36,506 bases of DNA from Hydrurus foetidus (Eukaryota), in contig UYFQ01000027.1 of the NCBI GenBank assembly GCA_900617105.1, positions 62,001 through 98,506 on the forward strand, in the 5' to 3' direction. Below are positions 22,792 to 36,100 of the stretch, piece after piece. The first letter of the stretch is position 1; each line of letters opens with the position of its first letter. The notes beneath the pieces were generated by a model. That model was not told where the DNA came from. It searched no databases and saw only the letters and a program-made list of their open reading frames with translations. Position numbers and translations under genes: made by a program.

Positions 22792-23030
22792 CCGTGTACT
22801 GAATTGAGAGATTCGTGTACTGAATTAATAGTTTGATGTACTGAAATCAATACTAAAGGTTAGGATTAGGGTTTGGATTAGGGTTTGGATTAGGGTGAAG
22901 ATTAGGGTTAGTGTTAGGGCTAAACTCAGAGTCAGAGTCAGGGTCAGGGTCAGGGTTAGGGCTAGAGTTAGGGTGTATTCAGTACATCAAACTATTAATT
23001 CAGTACACCATTAATTGGGTCGCCATACGG
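22792..23030. mobile_element. Small element with perfect 31-bp internal inverted repeats enclosing a degenerate telomere-like (TTAGGG)n tract
   Basis: GTGTACTGAATTAATAGTTTGATGTACTGAA at 22815-22845 and its exact reverse complement at 22978-23008. TTAGGG/TCAGGG/TTTGGA hexamers at 22858-22974. Ends TA|CCGT ... TACGG. Confidence 0.75.
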
Positions 23031-23257
23031 AATACAGATCGGACCACACGTACATACCGTACGTGTATAACGTACATACATACGTGCCAACGCCACTTGC
23101 CGTCAGTCAGCGGGTACCGCATCATGTGAGTGATGTGTGATGTGTGATCGATTTGATTTCAGTCCATCGTCCATCACTCATCGCCCATCGTCCTCTGGGA
23201 AGCGTGAAGACGTGTCAAAGGAATGACGAGCAGCTCTACATTTGGAGTACGGGTGAT

Positions 23258-25209
<1,952 letters not shown>

Positions 25210-25915
25210 TGCTTGCATCTGGTAGATTTACTAGACCAGACTAGATGAGATGGTGTCCTGCATTTCCGAGGTGGGAAAGAAGAGCATAGGATAAAGTGCC
25301 ATGAAGTCGAGCAGAATGTCTTCTAGACGATTGAAGTTGTGCTGTTACTTAGACTTTCTGTTCACGATGACATGAAATGATACACCATGTCAATGCAAGA
25401 GAGAAGAGGTCACTGGTGGTAGACACCCCATTCATCTGATTTCCTCTGCTTTCCTCTGGTCTGCATGAAGTACTGCACGCCAAGTGGACCAGTAGTCTGT
25501 TCTCTATTCTTCATCCGCTGCACAGTACGTTGCTACTGAGTCATCGCACAGCACAGACTATTGACAGAGCATTCTTACTTTCTCATATGATGCCGTCATC
25601 AAGTGCATGCAATGTATTACATCAAGGTGCATGTATCACTAACAGAAATGGGAAAACCCCACTGTCGGTAATTGCGATCTTAACATCCGAACACAATACA
25701 ATGAGACGGAGAGAAGACCTCAGCAAGAGGTGTCTAGATTCCCTCCCCTCCACCCTTTTCCACATTCTCAGTCGTGACTGCACAGCAGCTGAAGAAGAGA
25801 GGCAGTACCGAGCAAACTAGCTGCTACTGCCCTGTCCTGTCCTCTCACTGACATTGATACTGATGGGTCAAGTGATCAAATATCGAAGGAATAAATTGAC
25901 ATCAATTGTCAGCAT

Positions 25916-27120
25916 CTACGCTGCACTGCCCTGTATCACATGACAAATACGGCCAGGAGGGATCCCTGACCGTCTGATTTGGTCCAATGGTCTCTCATTC
26001 TTGCTCTTCATCTTCTTCTCGTGGTACTCAGCACGGAGAGGGTCGGAGAAATTTGTTTCCCACTCTACACCAGCGATGCTCACTAGGTAAGCTTGGAGAT
26101 CCGGCCTGATCAGTTGTGCAAGACTGATCGCTGTCACCTCCTGTATAGTATGGGAGAAGAATTTATTAAATGAGATAGACTGAAATAGCTTTTGGGGCTC
26201 GGTTGTCTATATACACGACGATGCATTTACGCCATGAGTAAATAAGTATGACAGGACTAATCTCGTATGGGATGCATCCGATAGTACACTGATCACCTCA
26301 ACACCACCGTTTTCACGTGTTTGTCCGAAGCCGTCCCCAACAGGCGGGAAGCCAGCTACTGCGAGATGTTCGACTGACCACAACGCAAAGGTGTTCCACG
26401 GACACGTGCGGCCAGTTATCAAGTGGGTACCTTCAATGAACTCATGTCCTGAGAGGTGACGATACGAAGAAAGATAGGTTGAAGATTAGTTCTATGGGAA
26501 AAGTTTATCACCAAGGATAGCCTATGGATCATTCCAACCTGATATCGCGGGACCAACAACGAGAGTGTTAAGGTTCTCAAAGTGAGTAGCTAATCTAGCC
26601 ACTACATCTGGGCCTATTCGAAACTCAAGAGACTGCAGTAACCACCGTAAAGTAAAACGTTTCAATTAGGTATTAGTGGTCAACCTTCATCAGAAATACG
26701 TTTAAAAAACACGTTTCAGCTTACTTGAAATGCGATCATACTGTAGCCATCATCGACAGCCCTTTGCAAAGCGCAATTCAAAGCAGTCGTGAAATGTCCC
26801 CACGGGTTTATCGGTAACAGAATAACATTAGACGAGAGATCAGCTTTCTCAAGAGCTATTTTTATATGTTCTATGTATTCAGAACTCTCGCTTGAGTTAT
26901 CATTTCCAATCTGTTAGTAGAAATGTTGATGATATCTTATGGTTGCTGGAGGGCAAGAAACTGCCTTCGAGGTAACGGACAGATGCATCAAACTTACACA
27001 GATTAGTACAGATGTTGCAAACTGTGCGCTATTCCTAACAAAGTCTATCACACTCTCAGCACTGGCCATCTGTGACGACGAACCCTTGTGAATTCTCGTG
27101 GCAACCAACATTCTCCGCAT
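25916..27120 (-). CDS. Hypothetical protein, 5 exons, about 259 aa; possible GT-A glycosyltransferase-like fold
   Basis: Exons 27120-26998, 26910-26725, 26632-26539, 26448-26297, 26140-25916 join in frame (780 nt, all GT-AG). Motif-like blocks PINPWGHFTTALN, IAFQSLE, LVVGP, GRTCPWNTFALW, GFP, GGVEEV, HEKKMKSKNER. The fold assignment is inference. Confidence 0.8.
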
Positions 27121-28902
27121 GTCGAGGAGCAGACTTTTTGTTGCCAGGATACCTACGTCTCCTTTACTGAATACTGAAGACTGAGTTGAGTTAGCAAATG
27201 TCTACTACTTTCTCTGTCTTCTGTCTTCTGTCTCCTTTAAAATCCTTTTTTCCTGGGTTCTGTACTTCGTGATGCTATCAGAGACAAATTCTGATGCCAT
27301 TCCTTGTGATGCGTACGGATTACGTTTTTTTATGTTCCGTGTGTGTTGTGTGTGCTGTGTGCTCCCTACACTGAAAATCATGCAGAAGTTCACACTTCAC
27401 ACTGCACCTTCTAGTATAGCAATATTATTAAATAACCTTCCCCGTTTGAGACATCTCTCAGGATTGGCGCTAAACCAGCCTTCGTGATGAGCAAATCATA
27501 ATCAATGGCTTTATCTGATGCTCCAGCCTTTGTTGCGAGATATGGTGGTGGAGTTCATTACTGCCGAGAATAGATTTTTAGTTGAGTATCAACTTGAACG
27601 TGGAGATTTTCGGTATCGTTTGATCACCAACTGTTTTGGTGAATACCGAATTTGAAGCCTTTTTTCATAGATGATACTTTCTGGTAACGATGACAGTTCT
27701 CACACTTTTTGCTATTGGCTCTATACGATTGGGGATTTGGAATGATTTAGAGTGCCTACATACAGAAATGGATATTCATACACTTATGCGGTATCATGTC
27801 ATACTATGTAATAGTGTATGTGCCAGTGAGTGAAGTGTACTTTGCACATTTAATATCTTATTGCACAATGATATATGTTGTATACTTCAGACTGAGAGAG
27901 TGATGAGGGAGCTGCCATCATCAGAGATATCCAAAGTAATGTAGAATGAATTATGTAGCGAGCGAAAATACGAACAACTTGTTAATGGCATGAAATCCGT
28001 CCGGGAGAGAAAAAATCTGTCAGTTGAATTTGACTGAAACTGAAAGACGTAGATAGCCCTGGGAAACCATGCTGAGTAAGAAACACATTGAATTGTTATT
28101 TACAAACTAAGACAGAAAAGGTTTACTGATGACGGAAATGTTGAGTTTACTTCTATCCCAGAGGGTCAGTGATAAAAAACGCCCCAGAGGGATGGACGGT
28201 GAACAGCACACAGGACAGAAAAATGAATGCTAAGATGTGATGTGCAGCAAAGAGCAGAGAAGTTCAAATTCAAATCGATGGAAAGACCTTGCTTTGCTGG
28301 ATCTCAATCTCTACACCATATTTGATGTTTAATGTTTGATATTTGATGTTTGATATTTGTTCCCACAAGAGACAAGGCATCTTGGTGTCTCCTTAACGCA
28401 CAGTACCACTGCACATGAAGAGTAATATGATTATGTCCTGAGATACTTAATGCGAGAAACAGAAACGGAAGTAGAAGAAGAGAGATGCTTGAACTGGGTA
28501 GGTTAGACTAAGAGTTCATTGATCATCGCAGAGCATCGCCACTGCTGATGTCTTGCAAGTCACTTCCATTCCTTCAATATCAACATCAATATCAACAGCA
28601 GCATCAACCAACAGGGCTCTCTAATGTCTGTTGATTGATATGCGTAGGCACCCTCTCTCTCTTTGCCCTTCACAGTGCGGTGCAGTCAAGAAGTGCGATC
28701 AAGTGAACCAAAGCGGATGGAGAAGAACTGGACTTCATCCCAGATGTGCCCTACAGCATTGTCTTGAAATTCACGGGAGAAGAGGGAGTTCAGCATCAAC
28801 ATTTTCATTTCTTGTTCATGAGTCTCAAGTCTTCATCATCATCATTATCTGTGTGGAGACCTTGACATTCTATTCTACGGCCATTTCTATTCTGCTCTAT
28901 TC

Positions 28903-31643
28903 TCATTTTTTCTTGCTCGACTCTGTTGTCTGGATGACATCAGGCCAAAAAGGAAACCACATGTTCGTTAACTTCATGTACGCACTGTGGTGTGGTGGGC
29001 AAAGGAAAGGAATGGAGAGAAGGGAGAGAGCGGGAGAGAGAAAAGGGGTCATTAGTGAAGGGATAGAGTGAAGTGAAACGAAAGTAGGTGAGGTGAATTG
29101 AGGGGCATTGAAGTGCAATATTCTGTTGATGTATTGTGGGATGTGAGTTGCTTGGTGGGGAGAGGAGAGAAAGAACAGGAATGGCGATAAGAACGTTAAG
29201 GGCAATTGAAAACTAGAAAACTTGAAAACTAGATCAAAGCTCCGTGAATCATTCTCATCAAGTGACACAGGTCCTACCATTTTAATTCAATAATCTATCT
29301 AGCTACGTAAGTTACGATAGCTACACCTCACTCACTCACTCACTCACACACTCACTGACCTGTAGGCTTTGTTCCTCTCAGGGCTGGCCTGCCTAATGCG
29401 CCTCTCCGTGAGATGCGTCACCCAGCACATGCTCAAGCTGTTCAGAAGCGCACCCAGTGCCACCCACCGTAACCCGGTGATGCGGCCGAACATCGCGAGG
29501 GACCACCTGGGGGGCGAGAGATAACATAACGTGACGTGACAAGAGTGGGACGTGACATCACAAGGAGTATGGGACGTGAGAAGATGAGCGAGGGAGGGTT
29601 CACATCTCCCCTTGCAGCAGTGAGTAAGAAAAGACAAGACAAGAGAAGAAAAGAGAAGACAAGAGAAAAAAAAACACTTCATGATTTTGAGACACGGAGT
29701 AGGCGTTAGCAGTGCAATCCAGTAATTTGTAGAGTCAACGATTCGCCAAATCAATTTAATTTGAATTAATTTGATGTGATCGGAGGAGCAAGATTGCGAA
29801 TAAAGGAGTGAGCAACATTACGCTGATCGACTCACCACCATAACTGCTCTCCGAAATAATTTGGATGTCTCGAATATTTCCATAGACCAGTGTCTAACAC
29901 CAGAACTTTCTCGATTCCTTTTCTAGCGCGATTTTGGTTGCTAATTACAGAAATTAAATAGTCCCGTTAGGATACTAATCGCATCTACTACAGCATTTGT
30001 CAGAGGGGGAAATGGTCGGAAACTATTTTGCAAGAATAGAATAGAATAGAATATTATGGAATAGAACAGAACAGAAGGTCTCAGGCACTGTACTGATGAT
30101 CTTCGTGAGACAGTATTACTGAGTGAAAAGTCTGTGACACAACTCTCTATTGCTATCAGCTATAAGTCTACCAGCCGACAGTCGTTCATGCCCGGTTCTG
30201 CTGGTTCTATGCACAGTGTTCTCACTGTTTGAAACGCCTCTGTGAGAGTGAGGTGTCCGTATAAGTTAAGTATACAATATGTAAATTCATAAATCGTATG
30301 TCTGTAATAATCAGAGTAGCCGCTGTTTATGCCTCTGTCTTCTACTACCCTCTCCTCCATTCTCCCCTCCCCTCCCCCTCCCGCCCCTCATCTCACTCTC
30401 ACCTGACCATGAATATCCGTAACTGTCTGTCTGCCACATTCGACAGCATCAGACCGACCATGCAGCCGCCCAGTGAGACGTAGTCGGCCGCTCCAAAAGG
30501 CGCTCCCGGGTAAAAGTTCACGGCCCAGAGCGGCAACGTGATTCCGAAGAGCAGGACGTGTTGCGATAGATAGGCTAGGAACTGTAAAAAACGTAATGAA
30601 ATGACGAAGTGGTATGAAGTGAAGCGAGAAAAGTGCAAGTAGCGAGTTCAAGATATTTCAATCCGATATACGAAATGCAACAGAGACGTCACTTCGATTG
30701 CCTTCATCTTTAACACACAAAACTTGAGTGGAGAAGTAGGAGCACAGGTCAGACATGCACTAAGTATCTAATATATATCTATCTCCCACTTACGAAGCTC
30801 TGCCACCAGAAGTTGTCAGGGTTCTTCTTCCTCATATCAGCGAATCGCCAATCCTCTCTCACACCGAAGCGGAAGCCCTCTCGGCGAAAATAAGAGTGTG
30901 TTAACCTAGTGTTGTTCATATCAGTTTATTTCGTTGTGTTGATCTCTTCGTTAAATGGCTGTTATTACAGACGATGATGTTCATAAGCATGAAGACAATA
31001 TGCGACAGAGTACCTACCGCTGCTAACGAATGCAGGAAAATCTGATAACATAGATCAGCAAACAGAAGTGAATTGAGTTACCCACATCCGCACACTCATC
31101 GAAAAAGAAAGCAGTTGGCCAATGTGTCACTAACCTAGCAGACCATAACATCGTCATCCAGAAGGTAATCGATCCCCTGTTCGGCTCACCTCGAGCCAGG
31201 GGATGATGATGATAAAAAGCAGCTATAAGCGGGGGAATAATAGTCCAATACGGATCTGCCGGATGATGTTATTAAGTTAGTGGTGTACGAAAGAGTTAAA
31301 ACGGAATGTGATTATACTCAATTCCACGCGTCTCACCTATCAGCCAGGTGCACTTTTGGTAGAGTGAGATCACCCAAAATACTACGCAAACAAAAAAGAA
31401 CATCATGATGTTCACGAACAACAAAGGGTGGTGCAATCCAATTCGGCAGGTCAGCTCCGATAATGTCGATGTTGAACTTAAGGATTCTGATAGTGGGAAC
31501 GTTACAGAGAGCGACGTCTCAATAGGACATTCATATACTACATGAAAGCCGACAAAAAGAATTGGTGATGCAACCATGTGTAGAAGACATGCATTGAAAA
31601 GGTTTTGTCGACCAAAGAACGGAATGATGACCGAATCTGACAT
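28903..31643 (-). CDS. DUF1295 / steroid 5-alpha-reductase-like membrane protein, 7 exons, about 350 aa
   Basis: Exons 31643-31337, 31255-31135, 30905-30794, 30581-30403, 29940-29836, 29506-29360, 28984-28903 (1053 nt). Motifs [50 protein letters not shown]. Confidence 0.93.
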
Positions 31644-31839
31644 AGTGCCCAAATAGGTTCGGCTCTCTCGGAGAAATGAAGATTTTGTCAACACTGGAAA
31701 GGCTCTCTGTTGTAGGCTTGGGATGATTATTCATTGCGTGCTGATCACAGAGTCGGTGATGCTGCTGCTCTCAAGTTATATTGTGGAGGGGCAGCTCTAC
31801 CGCGCTACCGTATGGGGGATTAATTATCCGGTCGTACGT

Positions 31840-32225
31840 CGGGACGCATCCGATAGTGTTGCGGACGCATGTACTTTATATACGGTTCTCTGCGTGTGCC
31901 GTGTGGACCGCATTCAACCACATTCTGGATGGTTGCATTTTATACGGTTGAAGTCCTGGATCTGAGACTTTTACCATGATTCATGACGCATCCTACCATG
32001 AAGGACGCATGCATGTTATACGGTTCATGTTATACGGTTGCAAACGTGGATCTTAGACTATTTCCTGAACTCAGGACGCATCCTCGCATGCAGGACGCAT
32101 GCAATTTATACGGTTCCAGTCGTGGACGTTGTACCTTTTCTAGTGTTCAGCTGTCATCTTGGTAAAAAGGACGCATCGTGCATTCATCAGGACGCACAAT
32201 CGTTGTTGGACGCGCTTCAAACGCA
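31840..32225. repeat. Subterminal repeat cluster (GGACGCA and TATACGGTT motifs; about 90-bp unit duplicated)
   Basis: GGACGCA(T) occurs about eight times and TATACGGTT five times. The unit TATACGGTTG..TGGATCT.AGACT..GACGCATCCT..CATG.AGGACGCATGCA..TTATACGGTTC occurs at about 31942-32026 and 32031-32116. Confidence 0.85.
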
Positions 32226-32324
32226 TATGGTGTGCATTCTACTCGGCTGTTGTTGTACTGATTCTTCATGATTTAAAACAATTGTTGTAAGTTTGACGCC
32301 GTTTGTTGGGCTGTTTCTTGTGCA

Positions 32325-33101
32325 ATGCGGGTGTCAAGGAAACGTTCTACTGTGAAGAAGGCTGTCAGAACACGCAAGCTGTTGGTGGCTCCAACTATCA
32401 AGTGGGTCTTGAATGATAATCTGTGTCTTTTGTATGCAATATGGGAGATGTGTACTGTGGCGCAGAAGAACATACTTACTGTGAGTCAATGCATGTTCGT
32501 CACCACTGTCAGATATAAATGTTATGTTTATTTCTGACTGCTTGATACATTACTTTTGTAGATGGACGGTGAACTCAACTTTGTCGAGTCGTTCAAGGAG
32601 ACAATGAAGCTAAGTGTATCTCAGAGGATCATTAAGGGGATCTCGTCGCTGAATGTTAACAACTATCTACGATGGTTGAGCTCAAAGTATGAGACTACTG
32701 GGCGGAGAATGGTATTTATATGGAGGAGAGTACTGAAAGTAGATTCGAAAACGAAGCGTTCCTTCAACGGCGCTAGCGTTTATAAACTTTTGTGTGGAGC
32801 CGGTGGCCAGTATGTTTTGTTTGGCAAGGCCAAATGGAATAATGATATGCATCGTAAGCAGCTTAAACGTTTGAAAAGTCTTGCGAATGAAAGGTCCAGA
32901 TTCATTCTTTATGGATTGACTGCAAACGGTCGGAAGACGGCCGACCATGCTGTTGGTTTGTGTATTAGTCCAATGTCTACTAATTTACTCTATGATAATA
33001 CCATGCGTAACATATTTGTCAACTTTAACGCAGAAGCACTGGCCAGTAAGATGTCTGATGTCAGCTCGTGCTTCATCTTTGATGTCAACTTTTCGCTCTG
33101 A
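32325..33101 (+). CDS. Hypothetical 231-aa protein, 2 exons; candidate papain-fold Cys-His-Asp peptidase
   Basis: Exon 32325-32480, phase-0 intron 32481-32561 (GTGAGT...CTGAC...TTTTGTAG), exon 32562-33101. Basic N-terminus; NDNLCLLYAI ... DHAVGL ... LLYDN give a Cys/His/Asp order. Confidence 0.65.
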
Positions 33102-33148
33102 CATTGTAAAGTACTAAAAGGACTATAAACATAATTCGCATTCTTAAG

Positions 33149-36100
33149 TTACAGGGGTGTTTGCATATAATATATTTCAACAGGCGTTTTACTTGTACCC
33201 TTTATTTTTACAGGCATTCCTTTTTCGTAGTTATTGGTAATATAAACACTTTCTGCTGAAAATCTTAATATTTTGGGTACTTTCAATTCATGAAAATGCA
33301 GGCCATCGGCTTCGTATATATTGTCACCTAGGATGTATCTGCACAAAAAGTGTCGGTTGTCACCGTAAACAACGCTTACTAGATCATATTTTGTGCCTTC
33401 CAATATAAGTGATTTATCTATGAATTGCATCTTGTACAGGTGTTTATTATGATCTCCGATAACCGGATATCTCAATTTGATCACATATGGTAGTGTCACT
33501 GTTATTATCGTTGTTTGTAATTTTAATTCACAGAGGTCACAACATTGTAATGAATATGATGATGCAACTTCTTCTGTTAGTACATCTTGTATGGTTTCTG
33601 TTACATGTTCGGGAGTTGGTGGAAGTTCAAACTCCCCTATGCTACGTAACTCGTTTTTTATAAGTGTGTTTTGTAAGTCGCACCCTGTTTCCTTACATAG
33701 TTGTCTTATCCTTACATTCCAATGTAGTAATGCTGGAGCTTCACTATTTTCTACACTTTTGGTGTATAAATTATCCTCCAAATAAGTGTTTATTATTCGT
33801 AATTCTACAAAATCATAATTCTGATAATTTTTATCCAGTATTCCTTGGAATATTTCTCTTATATTTTCTTTTGCTTCAAGGTTATTGATTGTTCCTTCGT
33901 ACATTTCGCTAAATATCGCACTGATCTCTGTGTAATTGTTTGCGAACATTGTACGTACCTCAGTAGTGTGATGTTTGTGTATTTTATTGTACATAACCCA
34001 CCAAGCTGTCATCAATGCATCTAATGCACAAGAATTATTTTCCCACGGAAAATGTATATACGGTTCGCTATCGAATTTGCTGTGTATGTGGGGTAAGTGA
34101 TGATTACCACCCCACTCTACGAAGTCCTCAGGGATGATGTCCTATAGAAACATAACATAATTGAAATTATAATTTACTCATTCCTTAATCATATATTTCA
34201 TTACAATTATTATTTGTCTAGAGTTGTTGACCATACCTTCCGATATTGCTCCAAAAATTTCTTCACATAACTTTTTTCGTTCTTTGTCGCATGCTTTAGA
34301 TGTTCATCTATTCGTGGATCCTCGACAAATAAACTTACTGTCCGGCGTCTTCGTTTGCTTGTTACAATTCTTGTCTCTTCAGCAAATGTTTCTCTCTATG
34401 TGTTTGAGATGCAACATAGTCATTACTACACTGTATATTTTTCTCTTATCATAAAAGCAAAATCAGTACTTACGATAGTTTTGTTTTGGTTGTCTCTGAT
34501 TCCGTTGGCAGAACAGTTGTTGTTTCCTACTTGGTTGTATTGTAAACGAACCATCAAATGAGGATGAATAATACAGACAACAACCTCAACAATTACCTGG
34601 GCTACACATTGCAATAACCCCGTTGACGTCAGCGTCTCCCATTCATTCGTCTCCTTACTATTGCCTTCCTACAACGTCATTTACCAATCAATTTATTAGT
34701 AATATGACATTCAGTTATGATTTATTACATAGTTCTATACCTGAAGTTGTTCAAAAATTGTTTCTAATAGCAGACGCACGATGTCCTTACTGCCTTTAGC
34801 AGCCAGTAATTCATTTGTGGTCGTTGATATGTAATTCATAATTGTCGAATTTTTCCGCATCGATGCAACTCTAGATTCCTGATCAACGTCCTGTATACAA
34901 TAAGATTTTGTAATTAATTACGATGACCAGCTTATTATCGGTAATGAAATTCTGCTGATTACCTGGCTTTCATCCGATAACAAGTACAATATCTTTTCTA
35001 ACTTGGTGCCCTGCATATATACTTCATGGTGAGGCTGTAATCGTAGACGTTTTCGAATCTTTGTATAACCCTTACCTGCGCTTCTTCAATATTTGATGTT
35101 GTCAAATCCGATACGCATATGCTTGAATATACATCCTTTTTAAAGTACATATATGAATGGTTAGTAGTTGATAAAGTATACCGTATTATAATCATGATAC
35201 GTACCCCTTCGTTGAGTTGTTCTTTCATGTTCTCACGTTCTATGTCTTCAGACACTAGTAAAATTTCTGTATGTAGACCCTATGAATTAATCGTTTAGAC
35301 ATGAGATCCTCACGTGTACATTTATGTATATATATATAGTAATTGGACTTATGATTTAGTACGTAATAAAGTTTATACGTACCAGTTCATCAGTTTGGGT
35401 GCTCATGCTGTCGTATAGAACATCTTGTCGGTCAATTATCTGTGCACTTTGCCTATTGTTTGTTATACACATATAAACGTTGGCAACCACTTGTAGATCA
35501 TCCGCAACTGCATTCGCATGTGTGGTAGCCTATGTTATGGTGATTGTATTTTTAGTATTTGGATTTGTATTTTAGTACGTATTTAAGTATACACGTACAT
35601 TTTCGGGGGTAAGGGTGTTCATGTCGACATGTACAACTTCAAGCCCTTCATTTGTTCCTGTACTTTCCCCATTGTTTCGGTTACTCATAGGCACGTTGGT
35701 ATCCACTTGTCTATGATCCATATCTACATTCGCATGTGTTGTATCCTAGGAACAAGTGTTTTATATTTAGTAATTGTATTTGTATTTTTGTACGTATTTA
35801 ATTATAAACGTACAAGTTCGCTTGTAGTTGTGTCCATGTTGTCATATGCAACATTAAGTCCGTCATTTGTCCGGGCACTTTCCACATTTTGAATATTTCT
35901 CATCGAACCGTTGGTATCCTCCTGCCCTTCAATCGTTTCTGTCTGATAATGTGCGGGTTGCAAATAGAGAGCGTTACAATAGGAGTGATCGATTTATATG
36001 ATTATTTTTCATGCGTCATATATACCTCGTTGCATTCTTGAACATCATTAGATTCGAGTGCACGATTTGTCCCGAAATGTAAAGCCTACGGAACAAATGG

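Noticed and set aside
22858..22974. True telomere or chromosome end
   Set aside because: The tract is short, degenerate, enclosed by inverted repeats and flanked by genes on both sides.
22911..23129. ORF with SESESGSGSGLGLELG
   Set aside because: It is the translation of the TTAGGG/TCAGGG hexamer tract, not a gene.
23144..23257. N-terminal extension of the FGGY kinase given by the ORF track
   Set aside because: The track start is GTG; the first ATG at 23258 begins a plausible signal peptide directly before the kinase domain.
27200..28880. Short ORFs and simple repeats between the hypothetical gene and DUF1295
   Set aside because: No recognisable coding, RNA-gene or terminal-repeat structure found.
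31840..32225. CRISPR-like array
   Set aside because: Repeats are short, irregularly spaced and the intervening sequences are themselves similar; eukaryotic context, no cas genes.
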